Positions 35,387 to 48,028 of a stretch of DNA of 64,000 bases are shown here, piece by piece; positions within the stretch are counted from its first letter, which is position 1; the number at the start of each line of letters is the position of its first letter. Origin of the DNA: Marsupella aquatica (lineage: Eukaryota; Plantae; Marchantiophyta). A program made the translations under genes and the position numbers. The stretch covers positions 6,357,708 to 6,421,707 of the forward strand of contig OZ316891.1 of NCBI GenBank assembly GCA_973895155.1, in the 5' to 3' direction. The notes below the pieces were generated by a model that had not been told where the DNA came from, did not search any database, and was given only the letters and a program-made list of their open reading frames with translations.

Positions 35387-37539
35387 TGCTTGCTTGGGGA
35401 GCACGAGAGACAGCAGAGCCAAACACAGTTGTCCTACAACACACATAAATGGCCTCCCCTCCCCTCCCCTCCCCTCCCCTCCCTTGCTTACCGCATTGCA
35501 GCTAGTGCTGCCATTGCCAGGAAGTCAAGCTAGAGCCGCTAGCCCGCTACTCTGCAAGTGTACCGGTTGGAACTGGAAGAATACCGAGGGAAGGGCTGCT
35601 ACCCCTCTCCTACGCCCGCCAGGGTCACATACATACAGGGGATAATCATCGTAGGTGGGCCGAACCTCGAAATCTGGGCGGATCTGGCCAGCTGCTAGTC
35701 TCTCGAATGGTACTGCATTTCAAGCTCTGGTGCCAATGTGCCCCGTCTGCAATTAATAAAAAACCACAATAGCTGGCTGGGGATCCAAATCAAGGACTGG
35801 GTGGTTGTGGCTTCGGGGATGGTACCCTATGCACATCTTGGACAAAGCGAACATTGGAGCCCATTCTGATTCTTCTCTCGGATTACAGTACCATTTTCAA
35901 CCCAACACACACGGGGCCTTTTTAATTTTTTAGTGTTGTGCTGAAAAGGGCTCCCCCCATTAAATGCCCCTCCCTCGCCTTGAACTTCCTCGACGTGTTC
36001 CCTCCACAGCTCCATCACTCGGGCGACTCCTGGCACAGAGCCATCAATACAAAACTATAGAATCTGAAGCGAAGGCCTAGTGCCCACATCATTCTGCATG
36101 GAAGGCAGCGTGCCAGCATGGAATGAAGAAGCCATTGAGGTCACTCAGAGGCTCAATCTCACGTGTGAACTATATAGACAATCGACCACAGTACCGACTC
36201 CAGACACAGAAGAGAATACAAGACAAGAGAAGAGAGGAGAGATCTCAAACTGGTGGGCATCTCATTCATACGTGTCCATGTTTCATCAATTCAGAAAGCA
36301 AGCTACACTACGACTGTCGAGCGACAGGTCTAGCAGAGGTACCTCATGCTGTTAGAACTCATCGGTAAGTTGCTTGCTGCCTCGGACCCCATCTCTCACA
36401 CGGAAACTGGAATTGGAGAGCTACGTACGCAGAAGAGCTCTCAAGCTATCCACTACTGTAGCTTAACGATCTCCACAATAACGGCTAACTAACCACTCTC
36501 AGATTGGATGCTCTACAGCAATGCAGTAAGTCCAAGCTACAGCTTGGACTGATTAGCTTGGGCGCACTCATTATCATGGACTCGCTAGTGCACCTATGAT
36601 CAGACTGTACATAGGCTGCTAAAAACACACTGCAGCGGCCAAAAGCTTTTGGCACTATTCCTACGAGACTGGTAGCTCCAATAGGGGGTATATATCCCAC
36701 TGCCAAAGAGACAAAAACGACAAACTGGGAGAAAGGGATCTCACAGGCAAAAAGACCCAGTAATAAATGGAGGAAAAAGGGATGGACCCCAGAAGATAAG
36801 GCTTCATAGTTGGAGATGATGATTTTTGGCCATAAACAAATGGAAATAGTCTCATGTAAAGGCTTGTGTTCAGTAGCCCCTAGAGTGACTTGGGGTCAGG
36901 GCATGTGACCAATCTTAATGGCAAAAAGATATAGATCATGAAGTTGATAATCCACAACTTTTTCTGTCCCCAAGTTTAACTACTAAATTAAGGTCCATCA
37001 AATTTTGAGATCTGAGGAGCCCTGATGCATTATGCTATGCACTGGAGTAATTGGAGATTTAGATGGGCTCGACTAAATCTAACTGTAGATAGCTCACTCC
37101 TCCATTGCAGCGAGGAGTCTGCTCCAAGCTTTCATCAAAAGAAGGGTGTCTCTAAAGTTGGACTGGAGGGTAGTGCAAGAGGTGAATGAACCAGAAGCCA
37201 TCATTTATTTTTTTGTGAGGGTGGCAAATGACCAAGAAGATGCTAAAAACATTTTTTACTAAGTTAATTTTTGGTCATGAGATCTCCCCGCATTTATGGA
37301 TAACCATCACTTTCTGGCTAATGGGGTCTACAACTTGGAGGAAACTGGCTAAATCAGGACAAAATATCTAGCCAAGTTTCCTATCATTGATGTTAATTTG
37401 GCAATTTTCACCATTAAAAAAACAGTGGGCAATCACTCTTTGGATTCAGGCTTTCCGCTCTATCTACACAATTTCCTAAGATTCAAATTTGACTCTTCCA
37501 AAGCAAAGAACCAAAATTAATGATGGCATGGTCATCAAA

Positions 37540-37745
37540 GTCATTTGGCAGCAGCTACTCAGCTACTGTAATGAGGGTCTGGTATAATTTATCAAATGTC
37601 ATTTGGCAGCAGCTACTGTAATGAGGGTCTGGTATAATTTATCAAATGTCATTTGGCAGCAGCTACTGTAATGAGGGTCTGGTATAATTTATCAAAGGTC
37701 ATTTGGCAGCAGCTACTGTAATGAGGGTATGGTATAATTAATCAT
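37540..37745. repeat. 50-bp tandem array, 4 units
   Basis: GTCATTTGGCAGCAGCTACTGTAATGAGGGTCTGGTATAATTTATCAAAT at ~37540, 37598, 37648, 37698. Confidence 0.92.
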
Positions 37746-39386
37746 AGTGTAATGAGGTAGCAGGAGACAGACACGTCCGTGGTGCCCATAAATTGGAGCA
37801 GCTTGCAAGCGAGCCGTGGGAACACTCCTATTATTATCATGGCTTGATTGATTGATTGATGGGAGTCGAGATCGAGCTGTCTCGTTCAGGAGCAGCTGCA
37901 GAGCTGCTGCTCCAGCTGAGAGAGTTACGAGGTGAGTGGCAGCATTTAATGCCAACAAGAGCAGCTTAGCAGACTCATGCATTTGTAACAATACACTAGA
38001 GGGCGCATTGGGTTCTGGGAACAAGGGTGCTGCACTGATTCTTTCCCAAGCCCTCTATTTTAAGGTTTTTCCTGTGGTGAAAGTTACCTGGTGCATGTGC
38101 AATGGAGATGATGCTAAGAAGATTTGTTATCTGATTTCCCTAGGTTAGTTTTATGACCGTCAGATCTCCTTTGATTTGGGATGATCTTTATTTTCCTTTT
38201 ATTTTGTGATTGTTAGATCTCTTTTGATATATGGACGACCATTGGATTCTGGCTAGTAGGGTCTGTAGCTAGGTGTGAAACTGGCTAATGGGATACAAAA
38301 CAAAAGGGTGCCAATCGTAGTCTTGGTGTCTTGCGTCCTGCAAGGTTGTGGAGCAAGGGAATGCCTTGGTGTGTTGTGTCCTGCTAGGTTGTGGAGCGAG
38401 GGAATGCCGGCCTCCGGAGGGAAAAACACTGGGCAGAATTGTTGGTGTACACGAACAGGGGCATGGTGGAGGTTAAAAAACTGGACCCACTGGCTAGTCC
38501 TGCTATATTTGCTTCCGGATGGGCCCAACAGCAGATCAGTGTGAGTTCTTATGGAACCATCTTTCAGGAGGGGTTGAAATCTCTCCCCCACCCAAGGTCT
38601 AGTTGGTAAGGACCAGGTGACTATGGTGATTTTTTGCTCAAAGTGATGAAGGTTTCTGGGTGAGGTGAAACTATTGGAAATTCCATGCATACTCACACGA
38701 CAGGCTCCCTGTACCACATGTTTCCTGCAGTTGCTATTCAAAAGCATAATCTAAATATTAAAATTTTACTATTACAAGAAACATTGCAAATTATGGTTTC
38801 ACTTTGCTGAGTAGGTCATGTAGGTCAAGATGGAAAAAATTTGATCACAGATATAATATAGAATTGGTAAAATCCGCCACGTCTAAGAAAACCACTAGCA
38901 AGGACCCATTAGGAGCTAGTTGACTCATTATATGATCGGTCAGTCCACTGCAGTGACGCTGTTACATTACTGCAGTTTGGACTTTGGAACATGGAAACAT
39001 TAAGATGCTGCATTGCTGCCCCCAATGCTGCCCCATAAATAGAAGGACAGTGCCTTCATGACAAAAACTTCTGAGCATGGAATGATTCCTAGCTTTGGTT
39101 TATGTCACCCTGCCACAGGGGGAAAAAAAAGCGCCAAACAAGGAAATCCACGATTTCCTCCCGTTTTTGTGGGAAATCCATGACATAACTTTATACTTTT
39201 TTCCCTCATTTTAGGCTTTGGTGGGGTTCTTTCCTCATCTCTTTCATGGGGTTCTTTTCTCTTCATCTTGCTGACTTGCTCATGCTAATAAATATACTCT
39301 GTGCCCATTCTTTGGACCTATGTAGACCTGAACCATTCAATCCCCTGCAGCATTTTCAAAGACTCACCCTGCCCCCAATCTTCACT

Positions 39387-39485
39387 TTCACTTGCACCCC
39401 CAACTTCATCTACGCCCCCAAAGTCATGGTCTAAAAGTTCACTTGCACCCCCCAACTTCAGCTATGCTCCCAGAGTCATGGTCTA
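39387..39485. repeat. ~51-bp imperfect tandem duplication
   Basis: TTCACTTGCACCCCCAACTTCAKCTAYGCYCCCARAGTCATGGTCTA twice. Confidence 0.75.
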
Positions 39486-41279
39486 GAGACTTCACTCTGT
39501 AGACCCCCTGAAAAGTGTATTCTCTTCTTGTTTGCACCCATGAAAAGTTGGGTGTTCTTGGGAGTACTACAGGGCACTCAAAACAGTGAGTAGTTTGACA
39601 AGTTGGGTGGTGGGCTCTTAAGGACTTGACTCTTAAGCAAGTATCACAGTCAATCTATTAAGGACTTTCTGGAGAATTTCTAGATTGCATGGAAGTCCTT
39701 GTGAGAGTGGGGGTCAGACACTCCCACTCCCATTTGGCGGGAGCCACTTTCCCTGGCAGACCCCAGGGACCCAGGTTCTCGGCAATGGTTTCAATTGTGG
39801 GTGATTTCAAAATTAAGAATGAAAAACATTTGAGGGGCAGGAAATCAGAAAGATCGTCAAAACAACACCGAGAGCTTCTTCAAGACAATGTCAGACGGAA
39901 AAACACCGATCTATCTAACAAAGTAGTTCTAAAATTTTCTAAACAGGTGCAATGCGCTAATTCCGTGTTCGAGTAATTGTCGGTTGGAAAACACCGACAA
40001 GTTCTAGATGGCACCGGAGAAACACTGATAAATGCTTAGTTTCCGACTTCGCATGGCCATCTTTTCGGGTCCCACCGCAGCACTAATAGTCTAATACGAC
40101 CCGCAGTTTGGAGTAACTCCACTCCGTTCTGTCCCCCCAGTGCATGGTGGTAAATAGTGAATGCATGTCGAAGTAAAGGGTCTGTAAACACCGATAAATA
40201 CAGGAATGGTGTACAAACACCGACATATCAGTGCATCTACCCGGTTTACCCGCTCTGGTGTCATAAACCCAGCTGGAAAACTTTCAGGGCGTAAAGATAA
40301 CACAGCTGGAGCCCGTGTACGAACCAAAGTACGGGCAGGGCGGGCAGACACGCAAGGTCAGCAGAGGTCAGCGGTTTGACTCTTATCTCTATCGCGTCAT
40401 CAGTCGACTCGGCTCACGATTTTGCCGCCCGCAATCGCTGCTGTCGAAGGTCGTCTGTTTCCGGTACTTTGCCGCAAAGGGGAGTTTACGGCACAGCCAA
40501 GGACTGTAGTTTTTTTTGTGTTTGTTGGATGTTCCTTCACCTTTTACAAGAAGTATAGTACACTGTTTTACCGTGGTTAGTGTTAACACTAATTGTTTGG
40601 GTAGCAAAAATTGAAATCTCTCTTGAAATAATCTTACTAACACTAACTCTCATATATGTATTAACAGTAATTGTGGTGATTTAATTAGTGTTACTAGTAA
40701 CATTAATTTTGGAGATCAGCTCATATTATTTTTGGTGTGAGTATGATACCAAAACTTTCCATGAAACCATGAACCTTCTTGTCGGGTATAGTCACACTAT
40801 TTGGCTGTGAAGAATGTGAGCTAAACATACTATGGGAAAGTCATTTTTGGATAGTGGTATAGGCAAGGAATTCATTAAATCAAGAGAAGCTAACTTAACT
40901 ATTACATTCAGATCAATCATTTATTCATAGTTTTTTCTGCTATGTGTTTTCAGAGGGATCACTTGTTTTAGTGTTATGTTAGTATATTCCATAATTAGTC
41001 TTATTTGAGCTCCAAAATCCCCTCTACTCACATATGAGGGGTTACTCACACTATATAGAGTGTCACACTATTTCTGGAATAACACTAACTAAGGTAAACA
41101 ATGTAGAACTATGCCAATAGCCCAAGTGTGTTTCAGAAACATGTCTTTGATCAAGCTCTACAATGAAAAACGGAGAGATATACTTGATGGCCCCTTACAT
41201 TGAAGAGATAGGATTGATGGACCCATGAGCCCCCATGAGGTTTTTTGTATGTTTATTTAAGGTTCATCAAGGTCTGCTT

Positions 41280-42745
41280 CACTCATAGGGTACATCAAGT
41301 AACACTTTGCCCACAAGCAATTTTGTGTTACAAGAACTATCTGGATCATTCATAGGGTCCATCAAGTAACACTTTGCCCACAGGCAATTTGTGTTACAAG
41401 AACTATTACAGTACCAATAGCCCAGGTGTGGTTCAATTGATAGAACACTAACTTGAAAAATGTTACTGGATGGATCCCATGAGATTTTGGATAAGTTGAT
41501 GGGGACCTTGTAATTAAAGAAAAACTGATGAGGCCGCTTAGTTTGAAAGGGACTTGCTTGGTCCCGTCCTTGCAACCCTTGTGTCTCCTATTGGGTTAAA
41601 GTTAATTTCTAGGGTAATTTGGCAAGACATTAACTCTATGTGAAAATGGTATGCACTTATACATAAAAGTTCCACATAGGAGTTTGTGCTCTTATCAATA
41701 AGTGTGCATATATCCTGATTTTGCACTTACATATTTATGATTTAGTGGAAAATGGTGGGGAAAACAGGGGGAGCCAGACCTCTTGCAATTAGCATGGATT
41801 TGCACTTATGGTTGCATACTTCAGAACAGCCAAATTATCACTGCAGTGGTGAGAAAAGAAAAATGACTCAGTAACCCTATAGAGATGCCCCCATGGACCT
41901 AAATATCTGATTAAATGCCCAGATGGACCAGCACAACCCAGATGGACCACAGAAACACCTTTTTTAATCAAAAAACACTTTATCTTTTGTACTCAGCTAA
42001 GACTTTTCTGATCAACTAACCTGGTCCATCAGAGTTGCAAGGTTCATGGGAGTGGTCCATCCAAGCGTGGTTCATGCTCAGATGGACCTGGGTTAGGCAA
42101 GTCCATTTGTGCATTTTGTCAAATGTTAGGTCCATGGGGGCTTTAGTTTTGTCAAATGTTTTGGTCCATGGCTGCTGACCAGATCGATGGATCCAAGAGA
42201 AACGATTTTTGTACTCTGACAGCACTTTATCTTTGTTTAAAAAATCCATACTTTTCTGGTCAAGTAGTTGCAAGGTTTATGCGACTACTCCATAAGAGCA
42301 TTACCTTCCTAAATAACCAAAAATCCAGAACCATAATTCTCTCCAAATTGATTTACATATTTTTGTTTAGTGGAGCCTTAATTGAGCTTAAAAGTACAAC
42401 AAGGTGCGGAAAAAGCGAAGAACACCCCAGCCTTACAATTATCCAGGTTTTGCACTTAAGAAGAGGGGAAGTTATCATTACAGTAATGAGAAAAGAAGAA
42501 TGACTCAATAACCAGAAATCGAGTACTTTGATTCGCTCGATTACGCACTTACATATTGCAGTTACAGATTTTCGTTTAGTGGAGCCGTATTTGCGCTTAA
42601 AAGTGCAAAATGGTCGGGGGAAAAGACAAAAAAGGGAATAACACTCCTAGCAATTATCCAGTTTTTGCACTTAAAAAGCGCGAAGTTATCACTACGGTAA
42701 TAAGAATATGTAAGGATAAATATAAATGACTCCATAATGAGAAAT
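41280..42745. repeat. Complex repeat block (~65-bp duplication and three diverged ~200-bp units), probably a transposon relic
   Basis: CATAGGGTMCATCAAGTAACACTTTGCCCACA at ~41284 and ~41351; TTTAGTGGA...TTTGCACTTA...TTATCAYTRC...AATGACTC recurs near 41740, 42367 and 42576. Confidence 0.6.
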
Positions 42746-44489
42746 CCAAAACGATGATCCTCCCGATTACGTATTACGGTACGGTACGGGCATCCTCGTG
42801 ATGGCGATCGACCGTCAGAAGCGCGTCAGGAAAAAGAGGGAGGGATTGGCCTGGAGTACTGGCGGGCAGGACCTGTCAGACGAGGTGGGTGCACGGTCAC
42901 GGACGGGAAATACGACTGCGCGTTTGGGCAGCATCCGACTGCCCGTCCGACGATAGCAGTCCATTTTCACGTACTTTCATGAATTGTTTCTTCTCACCTC
43001 TGAGTTTTTTCTATGTGTCTAAACCCTTACAAGACCCACGTTTTTGGTGCTGTTAAACTTGAACCTGTTTTATTGGGATTTACTTTTCACATGAGTAAAG
43101 TGCTCCTTTCAAGGAGAAAAAAATCCTTACAATATTTTCTGGGCACATGTAATAAATTTTGTTCATGAAATAACACCAGAGTGTCACGTTTTGTTTTGAA
43201 GATAGTCTCCAGACCAACAAAAATAATTAAAATAATTTTTTGCCATCAAAGGTCTTGAATCAAGTTAAGACTACAGTACCAGGAGCCCCATTACGAGGTC
43301 ACAAGGAAAGCCAACATGCTCCTCAGGAATTCAACAAGGGCAAACAAATTGAAGAAAGTTGGGCTAGCATTGAGAGTCGCACAACTATAAAACGACAGAA
43401 ACTGGCAAAGGGTCGGGAGAGCACATAGAGTAGCCGACACTTTGACCTATCTGGGTAAATCTAGGATCAAAATTGATGCTCTCTTAGAGTTATTGTTTCA
43501 TGAGTGTTGGCTTTTGAGTACTACTGCATTTTGAGCAATCTTGGACATGTATTTGTGCCCTCTAGGCCAATCCCCATGAAGTTTCTGTTGTTAATTCATG
43601 TTTTATGATCTCTGCAATTTACCAAGTGATCACTTGTCCTAATCTTTGGCTGTTTAATTTGTATGATTTTGGCTATCTTAATTGTCCACTTTCCTGCTCC
43701 AATTTGTAGATGACAATTGCAAGCCTTGAATTGAGGTCATGTGGTGAGCTAGGCAAGCAAGTGGCTAGGGTTGGAGGCAACAGACTTGTTGATTGTCCAT
43801 AGTGATTTGTTTGCTTGTTCTTTGCTTTGGCTCTCTCAACGGTCGGCTCAGATTAAGTTGCACTCTGTGATCCATTCATTCAGAAAAGGTAAGAAGGAAC
43901 TGATATTGAATCATAGATTTGGAGTCAGAGCTTTGCCTTTCTATCTGTATTAGTGGCAGAAATATAAAAACTCTCGTCCCTGATTTTCCTTGCTGCCACT
44001 GAGGTATTTGTTTGGATGTTATTTTTGAAGCAATGGGAATTGAATCCATTGTGCAATGTACATTCTCGTTGAAAATATTGGATTGATAGTTATGAATATA
44101 TAAATTTTAGCTCAGCCAAGCAAATTGGTATTCCTAAAGCAGGATTTCAGCTTCTCTAAAAGCACACGACTATATGGTGGAAAATGTTAGATCTTGGTGC
44201 ATTCCAATAATTGTTGCCAGTAAAACTGTCTAGAAGAGATCATGATAAGGACCTACATAGATCAATATGAATTCATCACTACCAGCTAGTGATTGGATTT
44301 CTAGGGACACCCAAAAGATGCCCTGGTGAAAAGAATTAACAGTGCTACATTAAAATTCTTTCACCAATAAAACTAGCTCGATCTCCCAAGTAAGGATATT
44401 GTACCCCATTTAAAAGTCAAAATGTTGCTCAAATGTTGAGAAGTAGGCATCTGAGCTCTTAGAGCAAGTGGGGGAACAATATTTATAAA

Positions 44490-45900
44490 CAGTGGCTGGT
44501 GAAAGGAATGGGGTGTTTCAAAGTTCGGAGCAATTGCGAACAGCGAGAGCAATAGATTTACTTTTGCAAAATTTGTCTGTTATGTTGAATATTGCCAATA
44601 TAATGCTTGGTGAGGTGAGAATTCTATGACCATCGAAGCTAATTCTTGTTGCCACAAATCACATGCCCTCCAAACCATTAATTTGGAATATATAAAATGT
44701 CGCAATACATCACAGTAGAAATCTGAGGCGGCCATGAATGATAACCATCAAATAATCATATATTGAGAGCAAAGAGAATGGGGGAAATGTCTTCAGCATA
44801 AGTTTCCAACGATACGAGGCTTGAGCTTTGTTTCACATCCGCTAGTCCTCTTCAATGCTTATCACCAGAATGCACAATTATGAAGAACGTTGATGGCAAT
44901 TCCCAAGAAAAGGAGCAAGAATCTGCAATTTCAAAATCATTTAGATCAAACCACCTCTAGAAGGAATAAGTGGACCCATGTTTTCTTGCTGAGATTATGA
45001 ATCCCCCCTAATCTAGCAGTTGTCACTTGTCATCAGACTAGGGTAGTTGCCCATGAGCATTGAGATCCAGTTTTCAAGAGGATTTGTGAAAACTAAAGGG
45101 AGGGATAGATTGAATTGGATTAACATCATGACAGAACATGTTTGTGAATCAATTACTGGCCTCAAACAGAAAACTCCAATTGCTGTCAATGTGGGGTTGG
45201 ACCATCCATAATACCTGACACTAAAATAGCTCATGGGAGATTCCAAGATGAGGCCTCCAATGACATCTACATAGGATGTGACACTGCGTTGGAGCCGTCA
45301 AGAAAGGAGAATAGAACATGCTAATACTGTGATACCATGAGACACCAGTAACAACAGCCTTCACATCGCAACCCGAGTAGAGCCACCAATACATTGTGGG
45401 TGACAACCATAGCTTCAAGAACTTTAAGAGATGATGTCCAATGCTATTGGCAAATGCAAAAGAAGGAATACTTGCAAATTGATCATTGTGGTGACAAGGG
45501 CAGCCTTGGTGTACTGTGCAACAGAAAACATATGCCCTTCTCATCAAGGTGATCATTTGCTGGAAAACTAGTTGGTATTCAACCTTCTTGCATTGATGAT
45601 CAAAAGGCAATTCCAGAAGTCCCACCATAAGTATTCTTGACCACCAGCAATTGATAGCATCCCAGCCATGGCAAGATGGCTTAACAATGTGTCTGTCCAA
45701 CACTTGTTGATGTAGCATGCTCACCATCAGCTTCAATCTTTAGGATATGCCATTGTGCTGTAAGATGAACATTCTTCAAATCAAGAAGCGTGACTGACAA
45801 CTTGAGAGGACTCAGCTGCAAGATATACCTTAAGAATTAACCTGCATACACAAACCTTGGAAAGTAAAGAATCTCAATATATCATGGGGGGCTCATCAGC
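44490..45900 (+). pseudogene. Highly decayed hAT-like transposase relic inside a probable 5'-UTR intron
   Basis: Short motifs in hAT order across frameshifts and stops: LPMSIE/DPVFKR (~45047), GWT (~45196), IVGDNHS (~45393), KTSWYSTFL (~45564, cf. TRWNSTY). Ends not defined. Confidence 0.45.
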
Positions 45901-46073
45901 CTGGTCCTACTTGACAGATCACCTCCCATGGTAATGATGCAAACCGTTTCATGCTTATGTTGATACTATTGTCTTCCATGGGAAGTTTTTGAGACAGTAC
46001 CCATATCCTTTGCAAACTCTATAATTGTGAAATTGGTTGCAGGGAGCTTAGAAGCAATGTGGGGGAAAGCCAT

Positions 46074-48028
46074 ATGATGGCTGCAGCAGAAGCTCGGGGA
46101 ATGTGGCAGCGAACTGCAGCAAAATGTCATATGGTGCATGAAGATGCAACCAGGTCACCAAAAGTTGTGAACTCTTCTCTACCACGCATAATATCTAGGT
46201 CCCAACCTGATGTCTGTCATCCCAGGGGATATTCATATTACTGGAGCAACACTTGTTTCTCCCCAGAAACCAGGCTTGATCTACAAGGGGAGTTCAATCC
46301 AAAGACAAACAAAGATTATCATTGTGAACTTGATGAAAGTTTGAATGCTCGTTTCTCAAAGCCAGCAGGCCTCCAGAGTCTTGCTACAGAGAATACTTTT
46401 GCCACAAAGAGCAGTGCAGGGTTGATTAGTGCAACATGTGATTACTGTACCGCTGAGCTTGAACTTGAGTGGCAATTTATATTTGATCCACAACCTAAGT
46501 CTGGTCTTATAGCTTCCAAGTCTGAACTTTGCAAAGAAGAAGAGGATGTCACCTTTGAAGAGGCAATATGGTGTGACGCCGGCAAACACAATAGGCTACA
46601 GAGATTGCAGCAGAAACCTCTTTCTGAGTTTGGAACATCTGAAGGAATTTTAAAAGGCAACTATGATGTGGGATCACATGGGTCCCACTATGGAGGCTTT
46701 CTTAGTAGGCAACAACTGTTTGCATCAAATGTTGGAGCTAATTTCCAGGAAATCTTGGAGGATCATGGTAGAAGTTCTAGATCATCCATGAAAAGCCCTT
46801 TGCAGCAAGTGACAGAGGAGGAGAATTTGGCTAGCCAATTTACACAAAACCCTGTAGAGTGCTCAGAAAATTGTAGTTTTTGTTGTCCAAAAGGAAGGCT
46901 TGCAACACAGGCTGCCACAACAAGTTTGGACCATAGTCAAGCAATGGACAACCAACAGGATGCGTTGCAAACCCTCGATAAGAAGCTCTATTCATCACTA
47001 CCATGTGGAAGTGAATTCAAGCATTTTGAAAGCACAGGTCACTGGGGACCTTTGCCTAGTTTAGGCAATTTGGACCCCAACCCAGCTGAACTATGGGACT
47101 CTCAGAGCCTATCTGATCCTATACCTTCTGTAAACGGGTTTCCAATCAGACAAGAACTAGAGAGCTTCAGGTTAGCTTCCCTGGTCTTTTGAACTCCTGG
47201 AAATTGTCATTCTACTGTTTATGGCACCAATATAACCAAATAAGTTGAATCCCTTGCTATTTATAGAATGCTAGAGTATCGAGATCATGAGAATAGTTTG
47301 ATTCTTGTTATTTTCTGCACGGGTTTAAAAATAACTTGTGGTCGATCTCCAAGACAAATGGAATTATAAGTAGAGTACCTTAAAGGAGTTCTTGCAAATA
47401 GGACATTAGAAATATTGGAAAATTCGCGCTTACTCTTCGATCAACTTTCCCTGGATACTAATCAGCCTGAGTGACTGTATTTTAAATGGGGTGCAGTTCT
47501 AGCAACAAAAATAGTCAGTTCAATGGGGGGAGTGTTGTTGCTCTAGATCAAAGTTCAGTGCTACTTGCAGAAGCCCTGTGCCATTCACAGACACGAGCTA
47601 GGGAGGCAGAAAAGAAAGTGCAACGAGCATTTGAGGAAAAGGAGCGATTGATGCACTTGTTCTTCAAGGAAGCATATCTTGCTTTCACATACCGACAGTG
47701 GGTAAGCTCTTTGCAATCAGAGAACATGTGGCTAAAAATGAGCCCTCGACATCAACCAGTGACCTGGTTGCATCAAAGTGTCTTCAACCCTTTTTCAGCC
47801 TTGGAGAGGTTGTCTAGCAAACGTTGGAAGACTTTTGGTCATGATTATTGCATAGGATGCCATAGGGATCAAAATCTCTCTAATATCTGGCATGAGAAGG
47901 CTCTCGTGTATCTGGGTGACCCAAATGAGATAATGATGGGATATACCCTTGCTTTTGCACTGGGCTTGAGTTTGGCAGGTGCAGGTCTGGTGTTGGGCTG
48001 GAGTATGGGCTGGATACTGCTTTCATAA
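46074..48028 (+). CDS. Conserved plant protein of unknown function with coiled coil and C-terminal transmembrane anchor, 2 coding exons
   Basis: Exons 46074-47170 and 47497-48028 join in frame (AG|GTTAG ... TGCAG|T). N-terminal MAAAEARxxWQRTA..C...EDAxRxPK and C-terminal LAEALCHSQTRAREAE...FALGLSLAGAGLVLGWSMGW are hallmarks of a land-plant family I recognise but cannot name reliably. Confidence 0.88.

Noticed and set aside
35278-35395. Possible hairpin between AGCC and GGCT runs
   Set aside because: Pairing is due to simple 4-bp repeats; no known miRNA recognised.
35090-35895. Several GTAC cores (possible copper-response elements) upstream of the peroxidase
   Set aside because: 4-mer density only modestly above chance and the TSS is unknown.
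38697-38717. Partial miR160-like match GGCTCCCTGTA
   Set aside because: Only about 11 contiguous nt, seed end mismatched, no hairpin partner seen.
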